A stretch of DNA of 62,000 nt, from contig MU056000.1 in assembly GCA_013239625.1 (NCBI GenBank), forward strand, positions 10,551,175 through 10,613,174. The letters are read 5' to 3'. The position numbers were made by a program, and so were the translations under genes. Source of the DNA: Lama guanicoe (taxonomy: Eukaryota). The notes under the pieces were generated by a model. It worked only from the letters and a program-made list of their open reading frames with translations. It had not been told where the DNA came from and ran no database searches. Shown here one piece after another: positions 1-15,314 of the stretch (the first letter of the stretch is position 1; each line of letters starts with the position of its first letter).

Positions 1-221
1 GGGTTGAGTACAGAGTCACGCTTTCCCTTTTTACCACCCACTGACGTTACAAAGCAAGGCTCAGGCAGATCCAGAGTAAAAATCTATTTTAACTCTTTTT
101 AAAAAAGAACCAGATCCTTACGCAGTAACAGCCACTGGCCTCAGATACCCTTGGTGCCCTCCTCTCTCTGCCTTAGGTGACAGCAAGCCTTCCTCCCCGC
201 GTCCCCGCTGCCACACACGGG

Positions 222-248
222 CCACCACCACCACCACCACCACCACCA
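222..248. repeat. (CCA)9 trinucleotide microsatellite
   Basis: Read directly from the sequence. Confidence 0.95.
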
Positions 249-1788
249 GGCAGCCTCCATTCGCTGAAGCTGAGGGAGGCCAGGGATGCAACGAGGTGGC
301 CAGTGGATCGCAGCCTGGAGGCGCTGGCCCAGCCCCACGACCCCAGCATGACCGGAACCTGGGGTCGGGAAGCCCCTCTGGAGCAGCCTGCCTTCCTGAA
401 ACAGCCCAGTCCGTGGGACAGTCCATCCAGCCAGTCGACAGTTTGTCACACTTTCTGAGTTCTTAAAAACCTGTCTCTTTTAAACTCTTCGAAAGTTGAC
501 ACAATTTGTACTGGAAGGATTGGCGGGGCCCCGGGGAAGCTGGGCAGGCCCTAGAAGCCTCTGGGGCCTTCCACCGTCCCTGGATGGCTGTTGCACCCGC
601 CCGTCACTCTGCTCCATCTCCTCTGACCCTCCCCACCACCCCCCTTTTTTTTTCTGGCAGGTGGTCTCTCCCCTTTTCCTTCTGCCCTGCACTGTCCATC
701 CATCTCTCTGACCTGTCTCTCCCCTTTCCCTGCTCCTTGCTCTTCCCCTCCTGCCTCTCTGGGCTCAGCCTCCAGGGGCTGCTGGGTACAGCTGTGTAGG
801 CTGCTCACTGCACAAAAGTTCCTGGCCTGCTCTGCCTGCCAACATCCATTTGGACGGATGCCCATTTCCATTTTGTAAAAAGGGGGCTGGGGGACGCCTT
901 GGCAGCAGCCAAGCCTGTGCTTTGTAAGAATTCTTTTCCGCCTCTCTTGCAGTAGAGGGGCCCCCTCTCTTGGCAATGGCTCCCCCCAAACTAGAGCAGC
1001 AGGGAGCTTAAGAAAACACCAAATGTTTGAAAAAGTGCCATTGTAAAGTCAAAATGGAAGCTGGTCAACTGAAATCATCTAAAGCTGCTAAAACTTCCCC
1101 ATTTAATATGATTTGCTATGAACATTAGAAAAAAATTAAAAGAAAAAAAAACACATTTGGAGTAAGTTGGCAAGTTTGGTTAAGTTTAGCAAGCGAATCT
1201 GTTGGCTTCACCAAAATGGTCTAACATCCAGGAATATGGAGGTTCTTACCATTTGGAGATGCTTCTCTGCACCAAAAGGACTGTTGAAAAGGCACATCCT
1301 ACCCTAGCTAGTGGTTTTTATTTTATCCCCAAATCTGGAAGCTGGGAGGGAATCACGAGTCCCAAGTGGTTTACGAGAAGCTGGCTTCTGTAAGTTTCAG
1401 GTATCGTTCCTTTCCCCAAGAGGGAGGGACACTGTTCCTGCTTCCTTATCACAAGCTCACTGCCACAGCCCTGCACGGTGACTACCACGGTTGTCTACTA
1501 GAGAAGCAGCCTTTTAGGACATACTAACTATCTCTGGGCTTTTTAATCAGCCACGTAAGAATGGGAGACCATGGCTCTACTGGAAGGTTTAGGACAAAAC
1601 TGGCTGCTTGCTTCTGACCCCAGCGCCAGCGACAGCCTTCTTCCTTGTGGTCCTGTCTTTGCCTGCCTGGCTCTGATCGCTGCTCTGTGACGTTTCCTCC
1701 TCCATGTGGCCACCGCGTCACAGACTTCCCTATGCAGCACGCCATCTGAAGCTGTTCTTCCAAACCCAGTTAAACTGTATATATTTTG

Positions 1789-1960
1789 TTTTGGGTTTTT
1801 TGTTTTTTGTTTTTTTTTGGTGGGGGAGGGAGGTAATTAGGTTTATTTATTTATTTATTTGTTTTTTAATTTTTTTTTTTAATGAAGGTACTGGGGGTTG
1901 AACCCAGGAGGACCTCGTGTGTGCTTAGCACACACTCTACCACTGAGCTCTACCCTCCCC
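1789..1960 (-). mobile_element. tRNA-Ala-derived SINE (camelid vic-1-like)
   Basis: Reverse complement starts GGGGAGGGTAGAGCTCAGTGGTAGAG, followed by a B box, (TAAA)n, CCTAATTACC and an A-rich tail. Target-site duplication (TSD) actgtatatattttg (1774-1788) / accgtatgtattttg (1961-1975). Confidence 0.9.
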
Positions 1961-3024
1961 ACCGTATGTATTTTGGAACTGTGTGTCCCTTCTCCCCGAA
2001 CAGCAGCCAGCGCGCCAGTCTGCGACCACCTTGCTAACCCTGGTTTGCGTCGTGTCTGCTCCTTTGTGGCTGCTGAGGGGATTAGTTTTTATCGGATGGT
2101 TCTCCCATTTTGAAGCTAATCTTTTGGATTGACTAAGGCTCCCCCTTTCCTCACCCTCACTCCCGTCAGATGGTCTAAAGCAATGAACCAGCACTTCACC
2201 GAGCATTCCCAAAGGCAGCTCTGAAGGAGGGAAGGCAGAATGCTGCCAGGACAAGAAGTCTGCTCCTCTACTCCACACGCCTCCTGAATCCACATCCTCT
2301 TCCAATTGGGCTGAAGGCATTTGCTGCTTTTCTTGAAGCCCAGTGGTTCCAACAAACTCCTGGATAAGAATATGAAGGAGGAACCGACGTTTGGGGTAGG
2401 ATGGAGACTAAATTTAAATTGAGAATCTATACTGGGGAATAAACACATCGGTGCATTGTAGCATGCTGAGATACTAGTCCCTATTAACCATCAAAAGTGT
2501 TTTTCACAGGCAAAGGCGGACGCTGGATCCGAACGTCAGGGCCTGAAGAGGGAGCCCATTCTGATGGCCGGAGGAGTTTTTGCTGTGGCCAGTACACGCT
2601 CCCTTTGGCAAGCAGTTAGCATCACCGGGTGACTGAGCGTCCGTAGGATCCGTGGGGCCAGCTCTTCTCAAAGTCCCAGGGAGACAAGTCAGTGGGTCCG
2701 AAGGAGCTGGGGAAGGCGCTCTAACCCTAGGCAACGCACAGAAAGCTGGGGGACCATCAGACTGCTCGGGCTTTGAATGGAATATCACCCACTGGACTAA
2801 ACGCGAAGGGTGCCGACCTTGAGGGCTCTGCCACGTTCATTTCCTGAAGCTAAGAAGTTGCAAAATTAAAAAAAAAACAACACGAAAATAGACTGGGGAC
2901 TAACGGGCCTCTGAACAGCTTTAAAAATAGGAAAACCTGAGTATAAATCAGGAGACAGTTGCTCATGAGGGGCGGGTGCCCTCGGCACCTTTCTGATCCT
3001 TGTCTCACAGTTAATAATATATTA

Positions 3025-3190
3025 ATTGATTCATGTGTTTGTGTTCTGTTTATTGTGCATGTTCTGTGCCAGGCAGGATGCTGGGCCCTGGAGATAAAAG
3101 GTGACGAAGCCAATGACCCTGCCTTGGGAAGCTGAGAGCCCATGAGGAGTAACAGATGTGAAGAAGGAGTATGATCAGTGCTAGAAAAAG
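3025..3190 (-). mobile_element. L2 3'-end fragment
   Basis: tttattg...tgtgccaggc...tgctgggccctggagata pattern typical of an antisense L2 tail; degenerate. Confidence 0.6.
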
Positions 3191-3511
3191 GTATGTACAC
3201 ATTACAGCAGCAACCTAACGCCCTTCCATTTTTTTTCTATGTGTCTTTTAATGGCAATTCCTCTAGCCAAGATGTTGGACCAGCTGACTGAATCATTAAA
3301 AGGATAACGTGAGGGAGACACACCATAAGCTGCAGACTCACATACTACTGTTTTTAGTGTTGAAGAAACCACCGCTTCAAGCATGACAGCAGGTGCCCTA
3401 GTCCGGAGCCTCAGGACATAATATCTGCTCCTGCCAACGGAAACAGCACAGTACGGAGGAAAGGGCCCTGGAGAATGAGGCTGGAGGGCTGGCTTCTAGC
3501 CGGTGCCACTA

Positions 3512-3829
3512 CAGACAGACCGCAGCGGGGCTGCAGGTTCCATTCCAGACCACCTCAGTAGAGCGATTATCTCCATCAAGTGAGTCATATGTATTTTTGG
3601 TTTCCCAGTGCATATAAAACTTACGTTTACACTATCCTATAGTTAATTAAGTGTGCAATAATAGCATTATGTCTAAAGAATCAATATACAGCCCTTCATT
3701 TAAAAACACTTCATTGCTTAAAAAATACCAACTATCATTTGACAACTTAGGGTTGCCACAAACCTTCCATTGGTATATTAAAAAAAAAAAAGCATTATTT
3801 GCAAAGTTCAGTAAAGTGAGGTACAGCTG
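3512..3829 (-). mobile_element. Internally deleted Tigger1 derivative (Tigger1a-like DNA transposon)
   Basis: ttccagaccac...ggtttcccagtgcatataaaa...ttaagtgtgcaata matches one Tigger1 end and gggttgccacaaaccttc...gaggta the other. Decayed terminal inverted repeats follow a TA. Confidence 0.8.
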
Positions 3830-3945
3830 TCCCAGGTACTGGGGCAAGTCACTTATCCTCTCAGAGTCGTTTCCTTTACTAAAAAATTATGGGTTTGATC
3901 AGTTCATCTTCAAGATCTTTTCCAACAAAGGATTCTGAGTCTCTA
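3830..3945 (+). mobile_element. MIR, 3' part (5' part at about 3445-3510, split by the Tigger element)
   Basis: MIR core gggcaagtcacttatcctctcagagtcgtttcct. Confidence 0.65.
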
Positions 3946-5694
3946 TTTCTATGGTGACAAAGCTACCCTGAGATACTTCTAGTTACAGAAGGTAGGGTTG
4001 GAATAATTTAATAAATAAGACCCTTACATGGGAAATCAAAGCACTTTCCTAGATCTTACATAGTTATCATTTCAAAATAAACTTCTTGCTCTCACTTTAG
4101 AAGTGCAGATTATTGCCTGTGAACTGAAGGAGGGAAGAGATATCCTTAAAGCCAACCTGGTAAAGTTCTCCATCGGACTTAGCTGTGGGAGGATGTTGAA
4201 ATGGAGGAGACAGAGGAGGCCGGACCAACCAAAATCTTCTAGCTGTCTATGCGGGATGACATCCAAGTTACAGAACCTGGCACCCCAACCAACTCAACTT
4301 TCGACTTCCAGTCACTTCACAAGCATCCAAAAGCTGAGATCTGTTCCTGGAATAGAAACCTTCTCTGTTTTTCCTAAAATGTTCTTGCAAACAGTTTCAT
4401 GGTTGTGCAGTGTTTTGCTAATATTTTAGGGAACGATGGAAAAACTTGCACACCAGAGGGAGAAATAATGCAACCAGGAGAGCAGGGTTGCCTGGGGTAA
4501 CCTGTCCTGAGTCAGGCAGGCACGCTATCAGATTCCTCCACGGCGAGGCGGCCTGGCAGATGCTTCTGATACCCCCTCCCCTCCCAGTTTCATGAAGGGT
4601 GGACCAGCAGAAAGGGCTGGGTTGGGGTGATGGACGGGGTGGCTGAGGACGCAAGGTCACTACTCGGTGTCAGAGGAGTCAGACGATGGGCTGTTTGTCT
4701 GTGTTGCCCTTGAGACAATCTATTCAGGTGCTGGATCAATGGACCAAATCACAGGTTTAAAATGTGTGTAGGGCTTGATCTTAGGGACCAACATTGGGGC
4801 TCGTCTAGCTAAGTGGTTCTTGTGAAAATGATCAGAAGGATGGCGGTCCCTGTGTTCCTGTCGTCAGCATCACACAGCCCTCCTTGTTGCCCTGTGTCCT
4901 CATCCTCAGCCGTTTATGAAGGGAACCGCACACACCCCGGCATTCTCGTACCAGACTTCTGGGTGTCCAATAAATGGAGGATTTCCACAGGGCTTAGGGC
5001 ACGTGTAGCCACCACAGCAAACAAGGAACTGAATTGAAAAAGACCGCTATTTCTTTTTATCCTCTTCTCAGCTCCATCTTTAGAACCCAAAGGGCACAGT
5101 CTGCAATGTCGGGTTGTTAATAAAGATACTAATTTTTGTTACTGTTGATAAATGTTATAAACAACCTTAAGTTATATTATCATGTGCTTTGGCTTATAGA
5201 GCATGTAGGAATTTCTTCCACGTTTTTTGAACATTGGCTTCTATATTTGAATTACCCAGGGCAGTTGATAAAGGATGTTTGCTGTTTATCTAAGGCTGTG
5301 CAGAGTCACCGACAGGCCCTGCCAGCAATGAGGTATTATCCACACTTGTCACACCTGTGTTCTCGAAGATGGCACAGGGATCTAGGAGGTGCTGACTGGT
5401 GGGTAACTAGGTAGGGCACATCAGCGTAAATGGATGAGGAAATGAGCTTTCACAGGGAAACAAATGACACCAGTTAAATTTGGAAAAGGGACTGAGATGG
5501 CGATACAGTTGCCGCTGGATGTTTAAGACAGAGTATCATTAAAACAAAAGGCAGAGCCTGCCATCTTCGGCATGTAAGCCGTCCTTAGAAATGCCGGAAT
5601 TTGACCCTCTATTCTCAGATGCAAGGACCTCCTTGAATAACAATCATTCACATTTTGGGATGAAAATATGTTGAAGAGGTTGTTAAGTGACCTA

Positions 5695-5889
<195 letters not shown>

Positions 5890-8807
5890 CTAGGGGGAAG
5901 GAAAAGGCTCCGGGTTAGCCGGGCTGCCCACACATGCCTCTTAAAGAGCATCTCGTTTCTGTTTTGCTTCACTTGTCTGAAGCATAGAGGTCGCGTGACA
6001 GCTGGGAAGACGGCTGTCACTTCGAGTCTCTCTCAGGCAGGCTTCTCTCTGGTTTCTGGACGTGAACATTTAAACCAGAGGGAATTCTGGACTGAACACC
6101 TACCCGGCAGTGTCTCCTGAATCAGCCCCTCTCCTTGGCAACCGGTGCCCCCGGGCTAGTGCACGGCCCGGTCCTTCCTGCAGTGCCCCCTGCCCCGGAG
6201 CCCTTCGCAGGCAGGGGTGCATCTGGCCCGTATTCGGGGACAGGTGTGAGGCCCCCATGAGGTGTGTGTTTGCGCTCTGAGATAAAGGACTGGGCGCCTC
6301 ACCCATCTCTTTAGCTCCTGCAACTTAGCACAGTCTTTCTGGAGTAGAGAAGATGCTCAAAAAGCCTTTGTTAAGTTGACATTTAAGCAAAAATTGCAGA
6401 TCGCCCAGAGGTCCCCTGACACATCCCCAAGGCTCACCAGGGCCACCCCAGCATCAGGGCTCTGCGTGCCCATCGCCTAATCAAAACGAGCGGCTGGCCC
6501 TCGACTGTGAACCGCAGCAGAGAGAACACATCGCCTGCCTCATCGTGGATCCAGTCAGTCCCAGAGCTGGCTCACCGCACCCAGCCCTGAGCACCTGGCC
6601 CCCAAGTCCAGCCTAGCGAGGGGCTCACGAGCACAGGGGGTACAGGTTCCCTCTGCAGAAGCTTCTGCTGTTTCCTTCCCCTGGAGGCCGAGGCGATCTC
6701 TTGAGTCCCCTCCCGTTGCAGATGCTACCAGCCCACACCTCTGGAGGGGCTTACATTTTCTTAACTCCCACCTTTAAAGCACACCTGCTTTTCCGAATAT
6801 TAGCCAGCTCTCCTAGCAAAGTGCAAATCACAGTGGGGAAGACGTCCCTCTGTCCCCCTCCTCCCAGGGATCTGTGTGCGTGGTGCCCTGGTGGGATGGG
6901 GAGAGGGAGGCTACATGGAAAGAGCTAGGAAACTCCAAGTGCTGCAGTGACAGCCATGTGCGCCAGCTCCGCCAGGTGCACTTTTATTTTCAAAACAGCA
7001 AACATTTCTGCTAGCGTGTCTCATGGGATTCGCATCTGTGCTCTGCTGTGTTTGCCCAGTCTGCTCTTTAGCAGGTGATAACTGAAGACGGGAGAGGACT
7101 GGTGCTAGTGGAGAACCTTCCCTGCTCACTCTTTAGCTGGAAGCGTCAGAAGTTATGCGAGAAATTTTGAATCTCTCATTCTGGAACCCACAAAGAGGCC
7201 AAGGACTTCACTTGCCAATGCAGCAAATTCTGGAAGTCCACACAGAGGTGTCTAAGACGGGGGTGAATAGACAGCACTCATGGAAATGGCTTGGAGTAGC
7301 CCAGCGGAATGAATGCCAACAGTGGGGGAGGAGGTTTCACAAGGCTTCTGGGTAACTCCAGTATCTCTGGCTAGAGGTATTCTCGGTAAAGGAAGTTCAC
7401 GGCACCTAACCTCTGAGATCATGAATAAAGCGTTGTTTTTCTTGGATGCTTTGAAACTGGAGTGCTGTATTGTTAAATTTTTTTATTTCCAGGTAGCCAA
7501 AAATAATTTCAGGTGAGACATTCACAGCCAGGAGGGTTCTAACACCTGAGTAACTGCTATTGACTTTTATTAATCATCTTATCCTCCAAGAGCTAAATGT
7601 TTAGCAAGAAGACTTATATCCGCCTTGGTTTTCAAGGATTTACTTCTACACACATGTTCCTTGACATAAGAACACTGCTTTCTATCAGTAGATTGGATTA
7701 AACCCACTCAAACACGAACCATCAGCTCTCTCTCCTGCAAGTGGCTCGTGCCCTGTGAAGCCCATTCTCAAAGGCCTGGGAAGGAGGAATCAAAGGAGCT
7801 TCTTAGGAGATGCTCTGCTCGTAATGTTGTGAAGGTTCACAGTCAGTGGTGGGTCCAGCCCATGGTTAACTGGGGAAGCTCCACACCCGGCAGAGAGTTC
7901 TGGGCAACACCCCACCCTCCTTCACGTCAGGCTGCAGGCGGGGGGCAATCCCTGAAGCACCTGGGGGTGAGCTGCTATTCATGGGTGATTGGATAGAGGC
8001 AGGTCATCTGCTGGGGACCCCTGGCAAAAGGCTTCCTCGCCTCCCCTCCCAGGGCTCTTGTTGGGATAAGAGAAAATGCTATCGGTAGTGGCTCTGAGCT
8101 ACTTCTATAGAAATTCAAGGCCAAACAGCTACTATTAAGAGTGTAAGTGGCGGGCTGTTTGCTTTCTTCCTATTTTTTCATTTTAAAACATCAGGCTCTA
8201 CCTTTGGGGGAGCGGTCTGTTTTGCTAGCCCATTTGTTTTCGGATAAATGTCTCCAGGTTCAAATAATTAAGCTTTAATGGAGTAGGCGTTTCTTGAATG
8301 ATCTGCAGGTCAGTCCTGACCCGGCCTCAGGCTACAAGTCCGAAGGGCTACACGTCCCCCTGGGCTGAGGCAGCAGCTGCAGGCGGCTGTCAGTAGGGGC
8401 TTTCAGCCTGAGTGAGTCCACTGCCCCCCCAGCCAGCCTGGACCCCCGGCTGCCACATGGACCACTCGGGCGTGCATGTACCCCAGTGCCCCGAAAGAGG
8501 TGGGCATGCTTATGAACTCGAGCACACAGCTTCCTCTCTGTACCTTCACGTCTGCTGTGAAGTCAATAAAGTGTTGGTGTCACTAAAAAAAATCCACTGA
8601 AATGAAGTCCAATACATTGAAACGTTTTGAGAGTGTAATTTCCCTTTAGCAAACAAATAATTTCTCAGCAGGCATAACCTAAAATGAGGGTCAGTTTGGA
8701 GAGGCATCATGGGAGCAGCATCAAGGCAAGTGTGAATTCCCCTGTTATTTCCTAGGGAAATAGTCCACAATTATCTCTGCCAGCCCCAACGCCACATTAA
8801 CCTGTCA

Positions 8808-9035
<228 letters not shown>

Positions 9036-10849
9036 TTAGCACGGGCATCCGCAGAGAGCACCTCCAGCCGCTGGTGCTGCTGGACACTTGGCAGAGCAGA
9101 GCAAACCCATGTCAGGTGTGGCCCCGCACTGACAGGTCACTCCACCCTGGGGGTCAGCATAGCCAGCTGCAGGCCAGCCCTGGAGCAGGAGGAAGGGGCA
9201 GGCACTCCCCTGCGTCTGGGGAAATGGGTCCTCAGCCCAGGGAGCGCACCTGAGACCAGGAGGATGTGTCCTGTTTTACATGAATCCAACAAGAAATGGG
9301 TCCTGATCACTGCTTGAGAAGCCAACATGTCAACCCAGGTCCACCAGACTCTTCCATCGAGCCAAACTGAACCCTCCAGTCGAGCCTATTCTTGAGTCTC
9401 AAAATGGGATTCTGAGCCCCACCCCTGCTTTCTGAATATTCTGCCCTCGGGGTCCACCTCTCCGCCTCCACATTGACCTTCAGGAAGGCTGATGGTCTGC
9501 GTCTATCTGTCGATGGCTTTATGGTACTCCTTTGCCTCAACTGCCTCACTTCCAATCTGTTCAGCCAGGAGAGCTCAATTTTGATGTTGAACTTAAGAAA
9601 ACTCAATCGATACTTCTCACAGGAAGCCAAACAGACTCTTGGGTGAAACAGTTTCTTATGCGAATGAAAAGGAAGGAAAATGAAAGCAAAGCGTCTAATC
9701 CTACATTTCGGCCAAGTCCAACTCCCTGACTAGCTAGTAAAGCAGGAATACAGGCTTCGTCCTTTTTAAAGAACATCACAGCGACGCCAGGAACACGAGG
9801 GAGGTAAGCCCCCAGCTGGGTGCCCACACTGCTGTGAGGAGCACGCGGTGGAGCTGGACACCCCTGGAATCAGGTGGAGCCGGAGCCAAACCTCCCTGCA
9901 TCACTTCCCAGCTGTGTGAAGCACGAGCCCTCTCAGGCCCTCCTCTGTCCCGCCAGCAGAACTGCCCATCACGCAGGGCTGTCGGCAGTCAAGGAAACAT
10001 GCAGAGATGCCAGCAGATCAGACACAGACGATGGATCTGTGTCTGTTCCATCCCCGCCCCCCATGTCACATCTCTGTGCCACCGCGGTCCATCTTGAAGT
10101 GGCTCTAATGTATCACTCGCCTTGATTTTTCAAGGGGAAGGGGCACACTTGCACACAGGTGATGGGAGCCACATGCTTTTTCCCGGGCAACTTAAAGTGA
10201 AGTATTTAGGCAAAAAAGCTGCTATGTTCCAGAAGCCACCCCAGATGACATTCATGATTCAAAAAGCAAAATCCAGGCACCAGCGGAGGCCAGAGAAGGT
10301 GTTCTGCTTGTGATTTATGTGCTTCTCCTTCCAAGCCAACATGCGCTGCCTCCGAGGACATGGAAACTGGCAGGAGCCCCCAGCCGGGAAACATGCTGAC
10401 CAAGCATTCAAGGGCAACGTGTAAACAGGAGGCCCTAAGGAGCGGCCACCAGCCTTCCTAAGGGATCAGCGTTTCCAGAGCTGGAATTAATTCTCCAGAG
10501 GGCGGCGGCGGAGGAAGCAAATGAAGTAATTCTATTTGTTCATCCCATACTTGAAAGATGGAAAGAAATGATTTGACTCTTTCTTCGGTGGAGCTGCCAG
10601 TTTCCAGATCAATTTCTTGAGTGGTGAGTGAATAATGGAGACCCTCCTTGGGAGGGAGGAGGGCAGATGGCCAAGGGCACAGAAAGCCGTGGTGGGTGGG
10701 GTGGCACATGCAGGAGGTGGAGACAGGACAGGTGGCAGCAGGCGGGTCAAAACAGAGGCATTGGCCCTTCACCCTCTGATAGTTTCACTCCCGCTGCTGC
10801 CCCCTGGCATGTTCCACTGTCCTCTGTGACCGCAGCGGAGAGGCATCGC

Positions 10850-11374
<525 letters not shown>

Positions 11375-11620
11375 CTAGAAACAGGACAGATAAAACAATT
11401 CAGAGCTGGCATCTTTCTTTTTGATGTCTGCCGTGGCTCAACTCACCACACTTAAAAATAACAGAGGAAAAGCCTCTGTAGACAAACCAAGTTGAATTAC
11501 AGTAAAACGTACAGTCTTATTAGAAATGAACTCAGACGGCTGGCAAGCTGCAGTGAAATCAAAACACACATCTAAGCTTGATGGAGCCAGGCCACTATTT
11601 TCCAAGCAGGGCAGCTCTGA

Positions 11621-11654
11621 CCCAGAGCCGGAGAGCCCAGAGCCGGAGAGCCCA
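11621..11654. repeat. 15-bp tandem repeat (cccagagccggagag) x2.3 in intron 5
   Basis: Read directly from the sequence. Confidence 0.9.
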
Positions 11655-11660
11655 CAGCTA

Positions 11661-11900
<240 letters not shown>

Positions 11901-13844
11901 TCAACAGATGCGACACGCAGCCCGACCTCTTGCAGCTGGAGGAGATAGATCTCCGAGTGAAAACCTTGACACGGATCAGAAGGACAACAGACACTTGCGC
12001 TATGTCTCAATACTGCTCTCATAGAATCCAGGGTCGGACATTTAGGAGTCACTGGAAGAGCACACAGTCACTTTGCTATATTCACCACTAAGATTCTTTT
12101 AAGGCAACTGTTTATCCGGTTAAGGTTATCAGTGAAAATATCCAGAAACTTTGGCATCCAGACCCCAAAATATGCAGAAAAGCTTTGCCCCCTCGAGGTG
12201 CACATGTAATCTACACCTGAGAACCTGTTACCATCCACAAAGGACAAAACTGTGATCAATGACGGTACACAGAAAAATGGACATTAACATTTATAAAATG
12301 GAATTCACTAAGAATGCTGTAAAAAGCACCAAAGTGAATTATTATAAAACAATATAATTAAAGTGTAAGATATTAACTTATAAAAGTGGAATAGGTCAAA
12401 AAATACAAAGTCAAGAGGGACCGAAATAATAGCAGAGTATCTATCTCTATTGAACAGAGCAGCCTCTAAGGCAAATTTATCAATGTACGTCCCCTCCTGT
12501 CCTGCAGGAAGCCAGAGAGTCAGCCCAGCCTCTACCCAGAATCCTCCTGGGACTCACATACTTACAAGGCCACTGAGGTGTGCTGCGTGCAGAAGTAGAG
12601 TGATGGGGGTGGGGAGGTACTGTCTGCCTACATCAACCTTACATCAGCCGAATGTCCACGGGGTGACAGGCGTGTAAAACACACCACACTAAGTGATGCT
12701 GACTAGAGGAAGGGTATCCCCATCACTGAGTTATCAAGAAATCAGTGATGACAGAAAGTTAACAAAGAAGCTGGGGAATGAGCACCATTCCTCAAATGAG
12801 TGCATTCGATTGCTCGAGAAAACACAGAAAAGCAGGGCCATCCAGAGACACTCTCCTGAACGAAATAAAAGTATCGGATGTTAGAGGTGGTCTGCTTATA
12901 GTGTGAACCAACGTCTGTGCCTGGGCTGTTGTTCTCATACCAGTAAATGGGAGGGAACCTGTCAGAGGAGGGGAATGCAGAGGCCAGAGCGAGAGCGGGG
13001 CTGCACAGACATGACCAGGCTGCCTGGAGCCCAGAGGACATGAGTGGACACTCACAGTCACACTCACGACCACACACTCATGTTCAGGGCAGATACAGCG
13101 GAACCCACCGGTGGAAGCAGAGATGCCCGTGACTCTCCATGGCCGCTTCTTCCCAGTGAAACAAGTGTAACGCATGAGCTGAAGAAGGCAAAGACCAGCT
13201 GGGGGAAGACTTGTTAAGGACCCATTGTGTTTGGAACAGAAGGCTGAGAGTTGTGTGATGTGGCCAAGATGCCCATTTATTTCTCTAACTAATCAGAGGC
13301 CTCTAAGGTGCCCTAATACGGAAACTAGGATGTCCGCCGCAGACATGCTACAAACCTACAGCGTAAGCTAAGCTGATCGTGTTTAGAGACTGAAAACAAG
13401 CCGGAGGATAAAGGAACACGTGAAGACCAACCCTTCCTCTGCCAAGTCCAGGAAGGCCCCCAGCCCATCAGGGCAGCCGTGCAAGACGAGCAGGACCAAG
13501 GAGGAGGATCTGGACTTGAAGGAAAAGGGAGAAGTCGGCGTGGAGATGACAAAGCACGCGGAGGAGCGGAGTAGGCTGGAGGGACGGAGGGCGGGCAGGA
13601 CACATTCGGCCAGTAGCGATCCAAGGTCAAGGCAAGGATTCTGTCAGCCTCCTCGTGTTGTTAACAGCTCGGTGCCATGTGGTCCAGCGCCTACCATACA
13701 TTTTACATCTTCCCTGTGGGCTGTATCGTTCATCAACTTAAACGAACACCTGGGCTTTTCGCACTTCATTCCAGAATTAAGATTTTTGAATCTGATATAA
13801 CCATCAAAACCTTGTCGGGTTATTTTCTGAGGGGAACCTACTGT

Positions 13845-14880
13845 CTCAGTGGTGAGGATTTACCCAGTGCTGGCCCTGTATTGGGTGCAGGGAATTCAGT
13901 GACAGACAGGCTAGCCCCAGACTCTGTTCCCTTGGAGCTGACAGTCTACAGGGGAAGGCAGAAAAGTTCGCCTGTGACGCCAGCGAGCATCCACTGACAA
14001 CCTGTGACCAGGTCCGTGAAGGAAAGAGGGCAGCGGTGCTGGGGGAGCCAGGCTGCAGGGTGAGACCCCGCCAGAGCAAGACCTGGAAGGGAGGACCAAC
14101 GGCTGGCGTGCAGAGGACGGGCAGATGAGAGGGAGGAAGCAGAGACCATGGGTCTTTAGCTCCTTATAGGCCATGATCAGGATTCTGTTTTGTTTTTTTT
14201 TTAATCCCCCAGACATCAGGAAGCAGTTTAAAAGCAGGTTTTAGGCAGGGGGTGAAGTGGCCAGAGTGTCACTGAGAATAGCTCACTGTGTCTGCAGTGG
14301 GAAAGGATGGAGGAGAGACAGGGCAGAGGGGCAGACTGGAGTCAGGAGGCACCTCGAAGGGTCCAGGTGGGAGGGATGTCCCTCAGACCAGACAAGGGCA
14401 GCAGAGGTGGGAAGAGGGCAGACCAAGAAACATCTGGGATTAAAAATTTTTAAAAAAGACTTCAGAGGTAAGAGTCCATCCATAAAAAACTAACTTCAAA
14501 AAAAATTATTAAAAAAAAAATTGTCATGAAGAGGGATGCTCCTAAGGTGGTTCCCGGGTTTCCGACCAGAAGGTAGTGGCACCGATTCATTCAAAAGCAC
14601 AGTCATCAAGATCATATCAATCCCGAATCAAGACTTAAAGTGTCTTTGAAGGGTCTGAGTGGGAGCATCACAGAGACACTTCGATCCCTTGTCCAGAGCT
14701 CAGAGGAGACGGCTCGGCTACAGGTAGTCATTTGGCGATCGTTGATCATGTTATGAAGGGTTTAATCACAGGGTGTAAGTTAGAGTCTTCACAAACAGAA
14801 CACCCAGCGAGGAGGGAGATGGGTCTTGAGGAACCTCAACATTTACACGGCAATAGCTGAGCAGAAGTAGGAGTGAAAAC
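13845..14880 (-). mobile_element. Degenerate L2 element
   Basis: L2 tail-like gtgctggccctgtattgggtgcagggaattcagtga...cttggagctgacagtctac, followed by purine-rich L2 body-like sequence. Ends approximate. Confidence 0.6.
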
Positions 14881-15279
14881 AGGAGGCGGTGGTGTGAGAG
14901 CCAGTGGGGAGTGGGGAGGGGTATCTCATGGAGGAGGGAACAGCTGCAGAGATCCGTACGGGCAGAAGTATTTTTCAGGGATATGATTCTTCCCTCCACC
15001 CTTGGATGCTTACTAGACTTATCTTAGGCAAAGACAGGATTTTTTTTGCCTTGAAGATAACACATCCTCAAAGGCTCGTTGTGCTTCTGATGCTAGTGCT
15101 GAAAATGAGAGCTGTTTCCTTAATTTCAAATTAAGTGATTAGAGTGAACAAGGCAGTTCAGTTCATCTCTCAGAAGATGAGTTAAAAGTTTAAGACCAGG
15201 AAATAAAATCTCTAATAACTCACCAGAAAATTAACAAAGATGCACCAGAGAATGACGTTAGCAAGAATTCAGGCATGTG

Positions 15280-15314
15280 CACACACCACACACACACACA
15301 CAGACACACACACA
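15280..15314. repeat. Imperfect (CA)n microsatellite
   Basis: Read directly from the sequence. Confidence 0.85.

Noticed and set aside
118..458. ORFs with poly-V, poly-W or poly-P runs
   Set aside because: These are translations of the (CCA)9 microsatellite.
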